From IMG/VR virus record IMGVR_UViG_3300023276_001086, positions 64,001-128,000 of that record: a DNA stretch of 64,000 nucleotides. One strand, given 5' to 3'. A program made the position numbers and the translations under genes. This DNA is from a virus. Of this stretch, positions 9,945-19,609 are shown in pieces. A model generated the notes under the pieces. That model saw nothing but the letters and a program-made list of their open reading frames with translations, was not told where the DNA came from and did not search any database. Within the stretch, counting starts at the first letter, position 1. Every line of letters starts with the position of its first letter.

Positions 9945-12900
9945 TTACTCGTCCCCATCCGGTTGAATGATTTCACCCTTCTTGTTGATGGTAATCTTGA
10001 AATCGTGCTTCTTGTTCATCAGCATTGTTGTGAGCTTGACCATGGTCTTCAGGTGCATCACCTGCTTCTTGGCCAAGCTCGGCAGATCCTGATCCTCATC
10101 GGGGGCACCATCCTGTCGATACCGCTGCGAGCGATTCTGTGCCAGGTCAACACCCTTCCTAAGAAGATCCTGCCCCGTAAAGCCGTCCGTATCTTGAATA
10201 TCAGCGAGATTACCCTCAAGGTGCTTAGTGAGACTGGCGGTCGTAACACCCTTGGCCAGATCTATCCCGCCCTGCTCCTGCATGTGCTTCATCAAGTCGG
10301 CCGTGTCCACCTGCTTGAGCCGAATCTTCCTCAACCAAGCGTTCTGCTCCCTCGGGGTCTTCCCCAAAGCACTGAGCCCCTCCTTAGTCATGGTGCCGAG
10401 AGACGCCTTCATGAGCGCCTTTATGCGCGCACCCTCTTGCCCCTTGCCGCCACTTATCAGCCGGCTCCCCTTCTCGAAATTGCCTTCCCCGACCCTACGA
10501 ACCCAATCGCGCACACCACGAATTGCCGCCGCCTGATAAACGCCGCGACCTTCGGTATCAGCGTCCAACACACCGAGGACATCCTGCCCAACGTCGGTGT
10601 GCGCGTACTTCATGAGCCAGCGATCTTCGTCCTCCTCGGGGTTGTCACCTCGCGCACGCTTGTCGACGATGGCTTGGAACGAGTTTGCGGCCACCTTAGC
10701 TTCAATGTCCTTGAGACCGCTTGCCTTACTGCGTAGGTAATCCTGGAGCTCCTCAGCCTGTTTCGCTCGAGGAACAATGGCCAACCCCTCCTGATTCGCA
10801 GCCTCGGTCTCGGCCATGTCCCTCAGTACCTCAGCAGTACCCTCCCCATCCTCCTCCGACGACTTAGCAATGGCCTTCATCGCGCGCTTGGTACTGACAC
10901 TCAACTTGCTGGCCTCCTCGCCAGACATAACCCCGCCACCACCGCCGCCGCCTAGCGTAAGAAGCTCGGCACGAGCCGCCTTCTTTTGCGAGGCGCTGCC
11001 GCTGGTCAACGCTTCCAACTGCCCAGCGAACTTCGAGTTCCCGGACATCAGCTTGCGGACACCCTCCAAACCACCACCAAACTTACCGCGCCACTCAGTG
11101 TCGTAACCAGATGTCTTCAGCACGATATCTCCGCGCTTCTTGGCACCCGCTGTGAAGAAATCCTGAGCAGCGTTCGTAGTCTTCTTCTGGTAGGCGGCCA
11201 TCGCCTCCCTGTCGTACGCCAACTTGGAGTACTTACCGGAAGAAGCACCGCCCCCGAAAGCGCCAATGTCGTAGTCAGACCCCTCGAGCTTGCCAGAGCC
11301 GGCCTCCATTATGGCCATCTTCTCCATGAAGCTCTTGCCGGCGGTCATCTGCCTGAACTCTGGGCTCTCCTGCTCAAGGAAATTGACCCGCTGAATGTGG
11401 GCATCCACAGCCCCGGTGGCCGTGGTCATAAGACCCACAGACCCAGCTGCATCGCCGCCACTCGTCACTGCCTGCTGAATACTACTCTCCAGCGCAGTAC
11501 GTTGCTCGTTCGTCATATCCACACCTGCCTGAGCGTTACTCCACTCAGACTGCATGGCTGTGAGGTGTGCGATCTTGGCCTTCCGGCTGGTCTTCGCCCC
11601 AAGACCGCCGTACTTGTAAGCTCCCATCGTTCGGAGACTTCGCTCGAGACCCTGCCCTCGCATACCCAGATTGCGCCCAGCGTTGGCGAGACTGAACATG
11701 GGAGCGTCACCGGGAGCGTACTCCCGACTAATCTTCTGAAGGAGCTGGGCGCTCTGCTCAGAAGACCGCCCGAACAGACCACCCTTACCCGTGGAGCGGA
11801 GTTCGATGGCGGCCGCCTTGCCTGCCTCCGACATCCGCAGATCAATCCGACCCTCCATCTCACCAAGAAGATCCTCGACAGCCTCGTTGACAGAATCAAG
11901 CGCCTCATCCCCGGCTCGCTTGATACGACCAGATACGTTCCGCTCCCACGACTGATTTACGCGACGACGGAAACCCTGAAAGCCCCCAACCTCACGAGCT
12001 TGCGACCTACCCTCCATCTCAATTTGCTGCCGCATCCGAACTTTCTTCTCTTGTAGGATCTCCGGCATCTTGCGGAACTGCTTGATGTCAATGTCGATCT
12101 CTTCCCGACTCCGACCTGTCTGCCGCATCAGCCAACGCTTCACCCTCGGGTCCTCCATCTCGAGGCCCTTCTTGCCCGCAATGTGCTGCCCAAGCATACC
12201 AATCATCATGCTTTGGCCGCCCTCAGCCATGGCTTGCCCAGCGATCCTATCCTGGTCGAGGAAGAACGAGCTCCGCCTACCTCCGGTCTCTCGAATGTTC
12301 TTCCGCCCCGAGCTGAGAACCTGCGCAAAGCTGACATCACCAGCCATGACCTTGTCCAACATGCCCTTGTCGACTCCGCCGTCCTGGTCCCACATACCCG
12401 CCAGCATGGCCCGGCCAGCACCACGCTTCATGAAGCGGCCGTTGCTCTGCATCTGTCGAGCTGCCAGAGCCTGCGCGCCGGCGGCACCAGTCAACCCACC
12501 CGTGGCCTCCGCTACATCCTCATCACTGAGAACGCCCATCTCCATGGCCAGGCGAGTGTTGCTGGCCATCTCCTTCATCGCGTTGGAGCCCGTGCGCCCG
12601 AGCATGCCCATGGACCGACCCATCATCGTGCCCTGCTGGCCGATCTGCTGCATCTCCTGGGTAGTCATGCCACTGGCACCGGCGAGCATCCGCGTCCGCA
12701 TGAGTGAGGAACTAATGTCCTGCCCACTGAAGAAGCCTTGATTACGCTGACCCTCCATGAGACCGGCCGCCTCATCGAGCGAAGTGTGCATTACCTTGGC
12801 AACATCCTTCAGAGTATCGACGGTCTTCTTGAACTTCTTCTTGAACTCATCGATGCCCTGACTTCCGCGAAAGAGCCCCATCTGGGCCGTCTTGTCCAAC

Positions 12901-13634
12901 GTGCGGGTGAGCTCGTCGAACCCAGTGAACATGTCGTTCTCGGACATATCCCGCATCATGGACGACATCTGGCCCATCTCTTGATTGTTGAAGCCCACGC
13001 CCCCGCGACCCCCGCCAACACCCATCTTCCCGCCGAACCGTTGCCTCATCACACGATTGACGTCCTGCCGCTCCCTGAAACCCTCGTAAGCCTGCTCCCC
13101 GACATAGGCCCCCACGGCCATTGCGCCAGCGGCACCCATGGCCGTCATGCCGCCAGCGGCCATGACAGCCCCACCCAACGGAAGTGCTGAGAGAGCCGCG
13201 GTACCGGCACCGTACCCGGCAACAGCCCCAGCGCCCGTCGCCATCCCACCAACCGCCCCAGCGGCACCAAAGCCCAAGGTAGCCAAACCAGCGACACCGG
13301 TAACGCCCGCGGCGATATTGGCCATCCCGGTGCCCATGCCCGCCATCGTGCCAAGACCGGCCCCAGTCAGTTGCTCCGAGAAGCCCTGACTCATGTACTG
13401 CCCGGGCATCTGGTAGGGCATCTGCGCAGCCATCTGCATCAGGCCGCCCTGTTGTGGACCCCCGCCCCAACTGGTGTTCATCCCGCTGGCTTGTGGGGGA
13501 CCTGGTGGTGCGCCGGGACCGTACCCGCCGAACATGCTGCCAGGTGGGCTAATTTGTTGGGCGTAGTTCGCCGCATTCCCGAACATGGCCTGCTGCTGCA
13601 TAGCCATGGCGCTGATCTGGTGGGATGACATCAT
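9945..13634 (-). CDS. Tape-measure-like protein
   Basis: 1229 aa; Gly/Ala/Met-rich, largely helical, with GA-rich hydrophobic stretches; upstream of baseplate-like genes. Confidence 0.65.
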   Translation of the reverse strand: MMSSHQISAMAMQQQAMFGNAANYAQQISPPGSMFGGYGPGAPPGPPQASGMNTSWGGGPQQGGLMQMAAQMPYQMPGQYMSQGFSEQLTGAGLGTMAGMGTGMANIAAGVTGVAGLATLGFGAAGAVGGMATGAGAVAGYGAGTAALSALPLGGAVMAAGGMTAMGAAGAMAVGAYVGEQAYEGFRERQDVNRVMRQRFGGKMGVGGGRGGVGFNNQEMGQMSSMMRDMSENDMFTGFDELTRTLDKTAQMGLFRGSQGIDEFKKKFKKTVDTLKDVAKVMHTSLDEAAGLMEGQRNQGFFSGQDISSSLMRTRMLAGASGMTTQEMQQIGQQGTMMGRSMGMLGRTGSNAMKEMASNTRLAMEMGVLSDEDVAEATGGLTGAAGAQALAARQMQSNGRFMKRGAGRAMLAGMWDQDGGVDKGMLDKVMAGDVSFAQVLSSGRKNIRETGGRRSSFFLDQDRIAGQAMAEGGQSMMIGMLGQHIAGKKGLEMEDPRVKRWLMRQTGRSREEIDIDIKQFRKMPEILQEKKVRMRQQIEMEGRSQAREVGGFQGFRRRVNQSWERNVSGRIKRAGDEALDSVNEAVEDLLGEMEGRIDLRMSEAGKAAAIELRSTGKGGLFGRSSEQSAQLLQKISREYAPGDAPMFSLANAGRNLGMRGQGLERSLRTMGAYKYGGLGAKTSRKAKIAHLTAMQSEWSNAQAGVDMTNEQRTALESSIQQAVTSGGDAAGSVGLMTTATGAVDAHIQRVNFLEQESPEFRQMTAGKSFMEKMAIMEAGSGKLEGSDYDIGAFGGGASSGKYSKLAYDREAMAAYQKKTTNAAQDFFTAGAKKRGDIVLKTSGYDTEWRGKFGGGLEGVRKLMSGNSKFAGQLEALTSGSASQKKAARAELLTLGGGGGGGVMSGEEASKLSVSTKRAMKAIAKSSEEDGEGTAEVLRDMAETEAANQEGLAIVPRAKQAEELQDYLRSKASGLKDIEAKVAANSFQAIVDKRARGDNPEEDEDRWLMKYAHTDVGQDVLGVLDADTEGRGVYQAAAIRGVRDWVRRVGEGNFEKGSRLISGGKGQEGARIKALMKASLGTMTKEGLSALGKTPREQNAWLRKIRLKQVDTADLMKHMQEQGGIDLAKGVTTASLTKHLEGNLADIQDTDGFTGQDLLRKGVDLAQNRSQRYRQDGAPDEDQDLPSLAKKQVMHLKTMVKLTTMLMNKKHDFKITINKKGEIIQPDGDE

Positions 13635-13695
13635 GAGGACACCTCAGCTCTGCGACTCTCTATCATACGAACCCCTCTGAGCAGATTACCACAGC

Positions 13696-13723
13696 GAAAG
13701 AACGACAGCGTTTTGGGCATAAG
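13696..13723 (+). promoter_or_regulatory. Phage promoter motif P1
   Basis: GAAAGA-N14-GGCATAAG, followed by SD AAAGGAGG and ATG 13747. Confidence 0.7.
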
Positions 13724-13746
13724 AACGGTACAGAAAGGAGGCTTCT

Positions 13747-14088
13747 ATGTTGGAAGCCCTTGCAATTTTCTTCGGCCTCGGCGCGGCCGCAGAAATAGTT
13801 GGTGTTCTGGTAGGCACCAACGCAGGCATCAACGCCGCCGGCAAGGCCGTAGAGACGTACGGCGACAAAGTACGAACGGAAACGAGAGCCGAGTGCGACG
13901 AGGAGATGGCCAAGAGGGCCGTGGAATCGTCGGCCGCGGCCACAGACAAGGCCAACAAAGCGTGGGGAGAGGCGATGAAAGGCGTCCAGAAGACCCACGC
14001 CAAAGAGATGGTCAGGGCAGCAGAGACTGCCCAAAACAATGCGGTCAGGGCGCTGATCGCGTCCGGCCATCTCCGCAATCCTGAGTAG
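13747..14088 (+). CDS. Moron-like membrane-anchored helical protein
   Basis: 113 aa; N-terminal hydrophobic segment; strong SD; own promoter and terminator; opposite strand to neighbours. Confidence 0.75.
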   Translation: MLEALAIFFGLGAAAEIVGVLVGTNAGINAAGKAVETYGDKVRTETRAECDEEMAKRAVESSAAATDKANKAWGEAMKGVQKTHAKEMVRAAETAQNNAVRALIASGHLRNPE

Positions 14089-14124
14089 CCGGCTCACCTA
14101 CCCACCTCCGGCTCTTTCTTAGCT
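14088..14124 (+). terminator. Hairpin plus TTTCTTAGCT end motif
   Basis: AGCCGG...CCGGCT stem followed by TTTCTTAGCT. Confidence 0.55.
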
Positions 14125-14126
14125 AG

Positions 14127-14154
14127 GCAAGACGACCACACCAATCGGTATAAG
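14127..14154 (+). promoter_or_regulatory. Phage promoter motif P2
   Basis: GCAAGA-N14-GGTATAAG, 2 nt after the end motif. Confidence 0.65.
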
Positions 14155-14159
14155 AGTCT

Positions 14160-14230
14160 TGAGTTGAACTGGTATCAGAATGCGTAAAGCAGACTCACCC
14201 GGGACTACTGGCGGCCGACCTTTCTTAGCT
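14160..14230 (+). ncRNA. Candidate ~70-nt small RNA
   Basis: Lies between promoter P2 and a second TTTCTTAGCT; no SD-led ORF; TGAGT...ACTCA closing stem. Confidence 0.35.
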
Positions 14231-14434
14231 GAGCATGTACTGCCGTATGAGGAACGTCTTGATCGCCGCAGCCTCATACGGAATCAGCGGGCTGTCCTTC
14301 TTCTCCTGCGTCAGCCACGTGCTGTACTCCATTAGGACCCTGTCCAACGTCTCCGACAACTCCTTCAGCGACTTCGGCTTCCGCGCCAGGTGCAACACAA
14401 TCTCCTGATTCTGTGGCCACTTCTTCTCCGCCAT
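14225..14434 (-). CDS. Hypothetical protein
   Basis: Start moved to MAEKKWPQ (69 aa). Confidence 0.55.
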   Translation of the reverse strand: MAEKKWPQNQEIVLHLARKPKSLKELSETLDRVLMEYSTWLTQEKKDSPLIPYEAAAIKTFLIRQYMLS

Positions 14435-14873
14435 CGGGTGCCTGCTCCTCTCCGAAGTCCCCACCGAACTCCTGGGTCTCCACTTCTGGTTCGGCTGTTT
14501 CCTGTTGCGCGCCAATCTCCTGCGACGCTGCCTCGAGAGCCTCCTTCTTGGCGTTTTCGAGCTGCTTGGCCTCGAGCTCCTTCTGCTCCTCTGCGCGCTT
14601 GGAGAGCTCCTGATCCACCAACGCGTCAAAGGCCGCGTCATCGATCTTCAGGTGCTCACGAATGATGCGACGCATAACGGAAACACGGACACCATTCGTG
14701 TAGACCATGTTACCGATCTCACGCTCATTCTTGAACAGCAGACCAATGTGCTGGTTGACGCTCGAGATGACGTTATCGAGCTTTTGATCCAGCAGCTTTA
14801 TTGCCTTTAGAGGCCTTAGTCCCCCGCTTTTTTGCTGAGGCTTTTTTGTCGCTTTTCCGCTTCTTCTCCCCAT
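14274..14873 (-). CDS. Coiled-coil acidic hypothetical protein
   Basis: 199 aa; C-terminus overlaps the next gene. Confidence 0.65.
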   Translation of the reverse strand: MGRRSGKATKKPQQKSGGLRPLKAIKLLDQKLDNVISSVNQHIGLLFKNEREIGNMVYTNGVRVSVMRRIIREHLKIDDAAFDALVDQELSKRAEEQKELEAKQLENAKKEALEAASQEIGAQQETAEPEVETQEFGGDFGEEQAPDGGEEVATESGDCVAPGAEAEVAEGVVGDVGQGPNGVQHVADAGEEGQPADSV

Positions 14874-15090
14874 CTCCTACCTCCATCTTGTCGATCTTCT
14901 CCAGCTCCTCGCGCAGCGGAGTACGACAGACCTCGTCAATCTTCGTCAGAACGTCGTCGACAGCGTCTTCCCCGTGCTTCTCCTTGAGCCCCTTCATGTC
15001 GTAGGCCAAGGAGAGCACCTCCTCATAGACATCGATCTGTGCCTGGAGACTTCGCTTCTTCTCGAACAGCTCTTTGATTGTTGACATCAT
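14773..15090 (-). CDS. Hypothetical protein
   Basis: 105 aa, helical, in operon. Confidence 0.6.
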   Translation of the reverse strand: MMSTIKELFEKKRSLQAQIDVYEEVLSLAYDMKGLKEKHGEDAVDDVLTKIDEVCRTPLREELEKIDKMEVGDGEKKRKSDKKASAKKRGTKASKGNKAAGSKAR

Positions 15091-15761
15091 GCCACCAAGA
15101 AAGCGCGCAACCTACCCTCGAGGTCAGCGCCATTGCTGAGATCCTTGTAGATGCTTTGCAGTGAATAGAGCACGCGCACGCGCTTGGCGCGAGCAGCATT
15201 GATCGTCTCACCACCTCGATACTTGTTGACCTCGTTCTCCGTCCTACCTCGGATGTCCAACGGATGCGTCTTCATGTAGATGTCGGCGTCAGAACCGAGC
15301 CTGATGAAGTACCTAGCCAGCACCCTCGCCCAATCCTGCGCGGTCAACCTGAAAAGCTTCATCTCGTAGAGCTCGCTCTGCTTGAACTGACGGCGGCACT
15401 TCGGACAGACAGCTATCTGCATCATCGACGAGACGAGGTTCGGCGGAATGAACCCCGGGCACCGGTCATCCGGGCAGGGGAACAACGGCTCGTCGCCACC
15501 ACCGTCGAAAGCTGACCCACTTCGAAAGACGATGATCGAACCCGGGAAGTGTCCCGACGTCGAACGGTCCTTGCCGAAGTTGACCTCGATCTTGTGGGCA
15601 GCCACCACCCTCTCGATTTTGAACATCTCGGCCATCGCCTGGCGCTTGCGCTCAACGATGACCAGCTCTTCTGGTGTAAGATCCCGTGTAAGGTGCTTGG
15701 GATCAGCCCGAGCCGAATCAAGAACCTTCTGCTGATCTGGCCCGAAAAACTCACCCATCAC
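15087..15761 (-). CDS. Zinc-ribbon hypothetical protein
   Basis: CPDDRC...CPKC. Confidence 0.65.
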   Translation of the reverse strand: MMGEFFGPDQQKVLDSARADPKHLTRDLTPEELVIVERKRQAMAEMFKIERVVAAHKIEVNFGKDRSTSGHFPGSIIVFRSGSAFDGGGDEPLFPCPDDRCPGFIPPNLVSSMMQIAVCPKCRRQFKQSELYEMKLFRLTAQDWARVLARYFIRLGSDADIYMKTHPLDIRGRTENEVNKYRGGETINAARAKRVRVLYSLQSIYKDLSNGADLEGRLRAFLVA

Positions 15762-16435
15762 CCGCCTCCGATATTGTGGGCGCCCTTTTGGCTCTTGCCC
15801 TTCTCGAAGAAGCTGCCCTCTGGCTTATTCCTGTTCGCTCCGCCGAGTAACGGTATGGACACCACCTGCCCATTCTCCATGACTGCGCCATCGGCGCCCC
15901 GACCAGTGAACATGTCCTCTTCGTCGCTCAAGGGAACCGGCCCCTTACCCTTCTTCCGCACGCCGGCCCTAGACGGCGCACGGGGAACAAGCGGGGGCGG
16001 AGCCGGCATATCGCTCATCCGAGACACGAACATATCGATCAACCGACACAAATCACGAACTGCTGTCCGGAGCTCCGGGGACGAGACGACGAAATTCCAG
16101 AAGAATTTCATCTTGTCACTGGCCTCGTCGTACATGATCTGCCGACAAACGTGGAGGTTCCAACGCTCATTCTCAGGAAGAGACTCGCCGCGAAGCTCCT
16201 CTTTACAAAGAACCCTGAGAAACTGGTGTACCCACACCTCCGGGTCGTACACCCGAAGACGAAGACGTGCCTGTGTGGGGGGACCCCCTCCGACAGTCTT
16301 CCCACAAGAGCACTCGTGCTCCGCCATCTCCGGGTCCGACTGACTCAGGAGCTCAACGTAGTGCCCCTTGTCTGACTTGAGCGCCGACAGAGCTACACCC
16401 AGCTGAGCGGAGCAAGCCAGTTCCTCTTCGGTCAT
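15758..16435 (-). CDS. Hypothetical protein
   Basis: 225 aa; ATGA coupling. Confidence 0.65.
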   Translation of the reverse strand: MTEEELACSAQLGVALSALKSDKGHYVELLSQSDPEMAEHECSCGKTVGGGPPTQARLRLRVYDPEVWVHQFLRVLCKEELRGESLPENERWNLHVCRQIMYDEASDKMKFFWNFVVSSPELRTAVRDLCRLIDMFVSRMSDMPAPPPLVPRAPSRAGVRKKGKGPVPLSDEEDMFTGRGADGAVMENGQVVSIPLLGGANRNKPEGSFFEKGKSQKGAHNIGGG

Positions 16436-16438
16436 CGC

Positions 16439-16765
16439 TCAGTTCCTCCCGAGATCCGAGTCACACTGCTGCGGTACCTTCTGCGCGAACGCTGCCTGCT
16501 CCGCCCGCTCCTCCGCAATCTCCTGTCGGCGGACTTTGAGCCCAGCATCCATCTCGGCCCAAGCGGCACGCATCTTCTCCCACGTGTTCGCGTACTCGAA
16601 GCGGAATCCGTTGTTCGTCGACGCAGACACCTCGATACCATCTCGCGTTACGACGATAGCCCCGAACTCTCGTTGAGCGTTCTTGTTGAGCAGCCCGGAG
16701 TTATAGATTTCACTCGCTTTGTCCAACACTGTCTGCCTCCTCGAACATTTGAGCCACGTAACCAA
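16439..16765 (-). CDS. Hypothetical protein (start uncertain)
   Basis: Fills the operon gap. Confidence 0.5.
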   Translation of the reverse strand: MVTWLKCSRRQTVLDKASEIYNSGLLNKNAQREFGAIVVTRDGIEVSASTNNGFRFEYANTWEKMRAAWAEMDAGLKVRRQEIAEERAEQAAFAQKVPQQCDSDLGRN

Positions 16766-17288
16766 CCGTCGCCTTCAGTGGCCCAAGCCTCGCGCTCTTC
16801 GCACAGAGGAGGACGCACTTGTCATCCGGCAACGCCGGAAGTTGAATCAACGGCATGTTCCAGAACATGGTCGGAACGTGATCCTCTCTCACGTCCACAC
16901 CTAACCACCTCATGAAATTGACGACGCTGCCTGTAACCACACCAACGCCGGCCATCTTCTTCTCCGACGCCCGAACCATCATCACAGTCAACTGGGCAAT
17001 GGCGCCGACGTTGAGCCGAGCTCCCTCCCCCTTCTCCACCTCCTCGAGGTCGACAGCTTGGATGGCCTGCCAGATGTCCGTCGGGTCATCAGTCTCGACC
17101 TCCCCAAACGGTGGCTCACGATTAGGAACCAGCATGTCGACCTCAATGACCGGCGGCTCCGCGGTGAGAACCATCTTTCGAACTACGGCATCCTGCCCCA
17201 AGATGGCCCTGACCATCTCCGCAAGAGAGTCCGCCGTCGACTTCTTCGGAAGATCAAACTTCCGCTGGACTGGTACAAGTTCCGCCAT
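16710..17288 (-). CDS. Hypothetical protein
   Basis: 192 aa, in operon. Confidence 0.65.
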   Translation of the reverse strand: MAELVPVQRKFDLPKKSTADSLAEMVRAILGQDAVVRKMVLTAEPPVIEVDMLVPNREPPFGEVETDDPTDIWQAIQAVDLEEVEKGEGARLNVGAIAQLTVMMVRASEKKMAGVGVVTGSVVNFMRWLGVDVREDHVPTMFWNMPLIQLPALPDDKCVLLCAKSARLGPLKATVGYVAQMFEEADSVGQSE

Positions 17289-17530
17289 CAGAGCTGATCC
17301 ACCTCCGCTGAGCTCTCATGAGCACCACGGAGCGCCTTGAAGTAGTCCGTGATAATCCGTGTCATCGTCGTATCCTGTTGCCGGGCGAACCACCTCACCC
17401 AAGCGAGCAAGGAGGAATCGATACGGCAGCTAAGGTGCCCCTTCTTCTCCCTCTTCGATCGCAAGAATGTCACCCTCGTGGATAATGAACTGGTCATGCC
17501 CAATACAACCCGAGGCCCGAATTGAATCAC
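17288..17530 (-). CDS. Ribbon-helix-helix DNA-binding protein (true start probably downstream)
   Basis: HLSCRIDSSLLAWVRWFARQQDTTMTRIITDYF has the RHH pattern. Confidence 0.55.
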   Translation of the reverse strand: MIQFGPRVVLGMTSSLSTRVTFLRSKREKKGHLSCRIDSSLLAWVRWFARQQDTTMTRIITDYFKALRGAHESSAEVDQL

Positions 17531-17780
17531 CAGTGTGCGTGTTCTTCAGGTACCTGATGTAGAGCACCCGGTCACCTGGAGCTACTTGAGGCGGCACAAG
17601 AATATCCTTCTTAGTCAGCCTCCCGGCCCCAACAGCAAGCACAGTCCCCCACTGATGCACGTCATCGACGGCCCGGGCCGGGGCGAGGACACCGGGAATG
17701 ATCTCCCGTTCCGCGTCCTCCAATGGGTCGAACTGAACGAGAACCCGATCCCCTACAGGCCTGACGCGCACTTCACTCAC
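17430..17780 (-). CDS. groES: Co-chaperonin GroES
   Basis: VRPVGDRVLV, GTVLAVGAGR, VAPGDRVLY, IIHEGDILAI. Confidence 0.9.
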   Translation of the reverse strand: MSEVRVRPVGDRVLVQFDPLEDAEREIIPGVLAPARAVDDVHQWGTVLAVGAGRLTKKDILVPPQVAPGDRVLYIRYLKNTHTGDSIRASGCIGHDQFIIHEGDILAIEEGEEGAP

Positions 17781-18136
17781 TGAGCACCTCCTACATCGAT
17801 GTCCTTGGGCATCCGCGTAGCCGCAGTAGCTTTCGGGGTCCTACCCGGTGGTGCCGCCTCGGGACCGTCCTCGTTGGTCTCAGCCAGGTCCGGGTGCAGA
17901 TGCTCGAACAGCAGTTTCTGAAGCTTGTCGCCCACGGGGAATGACTGTTTCATCAGGTCATTCGGGAACTTCCGAACCTTCCCCGGCTCCATCTCCACGC
18001 CGAGCTCCGTCATGATGTTCCCCTTGCGGTCCGTGACCTGCCACATCAGCAGCGGGAGAGGCTTCACGCCCAGTAGGGTGTTCTTTGGACCCTTCGGCAC
18101 CTTTGTGGTCTCGTAACTCTGTACTTTGCCGCCCAT
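17777..18136 (-). CDS. Hypothetical protein
   Basis: 119 aa; SD GGAGG. Confidence 0.6.
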   Translation of the reverse strand: MGGKVQSYETTKVPKGPKNTLLGVKPLPLLMWQVTDRKGNIMTELGVEMEPGKVRKFPNDLMKQSFPVGDKLQKLLFEHLHPDLAETNEDGPEAAPPGRTPKATAATRMPKDIDVGGAQ

Positions 18137-18557
18137 CTTCTTCCTCCGTAACCATGTAGATCATTGCTCCGGCGCCCGATGGGGCAAAGTGGAGCGTCTT
18201 CCCGTTATCCAGTAGAATGCGCTCAACGATGCACCTACCGGGGCTAATCGGCGCACCGCAGTCGAACACGACATCGGTCACCTTATGGCTCATCAGCAGG
18301 CCCTTCACAGTCCGCCAGTCCGCCACATCCTTCGGCAGCCCGAGACCGTTGAGGTAAGCCCAAAGTGCGCGGGGACCAAGGCGGACAACATCGAAGAAGT
18401 TGCCGGCCCCGAGCGTCGCCTGCACTGCTGCCTTCCCACACAGCGGACAAGCGAACGTGCCCCGCAACAAGAGCTCAACGTACCCCTCCTCCGGCAGATC
18501 GCCGTCAATCGCAAAGAGGACATTGCACTCCGGGCACGTGAATCCCGCCAGCTGCAT
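17958..18557 (-). CDS. Zinc-ribbon protein
   Basis: CPEC...CPLC. Confidence 0.6.
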   Translation of the reverse strand: MQLAGFTCPECNVLFAIDGDLPEEGYVELLLRGTFACPLCGKAAVQATLGAGNFFDVVRLGPRALWAYLNGLGLPKDVADWRTVKGLLMSHKVTDVVFDCGAPISPGRCIVERILLDNGKTLHFAPSGAGAMIYMVTEEEDGRQSTELRDHKGAEGSKEHPTGREASPAADVAGHGPQGEHHDGARRGDGAGEGSEVPE

Positions 18558-19066
18558 CAGTAAGCCTCGACCCCACCATCATCGTCATCTAGGTCGTAGT
18601 TCTGCTCACCTGGATCCGAATCATCACCCTCCGCACCGCCCGCAGCAAAAGCGTCGAGGTCACGAGGAGGCTCAGGATCAGGGTAAAACCCCACTGACTC
18701 GAGCAGTGCCTGGGCCGAGTCACCTTGACCAGTGTGCTGCTCCTCGAGCTGGCGAAGCTGCTCCGCCGCGTCGAGCTCGTCCTGGGGGATTGGGCCCGCT
18801 GCAAGCTGATGACCGAGGTGGCCCTCGACCTGCTGTCGAACGTCTTCAACTGTGGGGACCGGTTCCACGTAAGGGGACTGAGTCCCATACGCTTCCTCTT
18901 GTGCCTGGATATGGAGCTGCTCAAAAGCCCCGACCAGTTGCCCGTAGGTCAGTGCGTCAATAGGTAGCTCAACAGCTCCCCCATCGAGCAAGCCGACCAC
19001 CATACTGTGCTGACTCTGCCCAAGCTCGAGATTGACCTCGGAGCTCAAGTGCTTGATGACCATCAT
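18557..19066 (-). CDS. Acidic hypothetical protein
   Basis: 169 aa, coupled to neighbours. Confidence 0.6.
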   Translation of the reverse strand: MMVIKHLSSEVNLELGQSQHSMVVGLLDGGAVELPIDALTYGQLVGAFEQLHIQAQEEAYGTQSPYVEPVPTVEDVRQQVEGHLGHQLAAGPIPQDELDAAEQLRQLEEQHTGQGDSAQALLESVGFYPDPEPPRDLDAFAAGGAEGDDSDPGEQNYDLDDDDGGVEAY

Positions 19067-19263
19067 CGCGGTACTCCTGGTGGAAGCTGTGACCCCTGAG
19101 GGGGACCCTCTGTGTGACGAACCAACTGCCGAAGGGCCAATGATCCCTCAACCATAGCCTTGACCAACTTACAGGGATCCGTCACCTTATCCGCAAACGC
19201 GACACACTGATCAGTGCATCGTCTGTCAGAACTAAGCCAGCAGCGCAGGTTATTCTCTCGCAC
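19063..19263 (-). CDS. Small Cys-containing protein
   Basis: CWL...CTDQCVAF...C. Confidence 0.5.
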   Translation of the reverse strand: MRENNLRCWLSSDRRCTDQCVAFADKVTDPCKLVKAMVEGSLALRQLVRHTEGPPQGSQLPPGVPR

Positions 19264-19609
19264 TGATCACCCCCTTCAGCACAGCCCCAAAGCCCGCTCT
19301 GGAAAACTCGACGAGCAGCTTCGTGATATGAGCAAGATTACCGGGTGTGTGATCTTTGGTGACAAACTCGAGCCTAACGAGCTCACGACCAACCTGCGGG
19401 GCGATATCCCGCTGAAGAAAACGCATGAACTCGATGAACGCACGAGGGTCCTTGAACTTCTCGTCGTCCCCCATCCGCACGAGGTCGGAGGACTTCCCCC
19501 GCCAACTGCACATATCGCATTGCCGATCCCACTCCCCTATGACGAGTAAGTCTTCAACCTGTGGGCAGCCGCACTGAGGGCACACTACCATCGCTTCTTC
19601 CTTCCCCAT
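19250..19609 (-). CDS. Zinc-ribbon protein
   Basis: CPQC...CDMC. Confidence 0.6.
   Translation of the reverse strand: MGKEEAMVVCPQCGCPQVEDLLVIGEWDRQCDMCSWRGKSSDLVRMGDDEKFKDPRAFIEFMRFLQRDIAPQVGRELVRLEFVTKDHTPGNLAHITKLLVEFSRAGFGAVLKGVISARE

Noticed and set aside
4588-13470. Long + strand ORFs (4588..5931, 9369..10736, 10986..12056 and others)
   Set aside because: Antisense shadows of high-GC - strand genes with no recognisable motifs.
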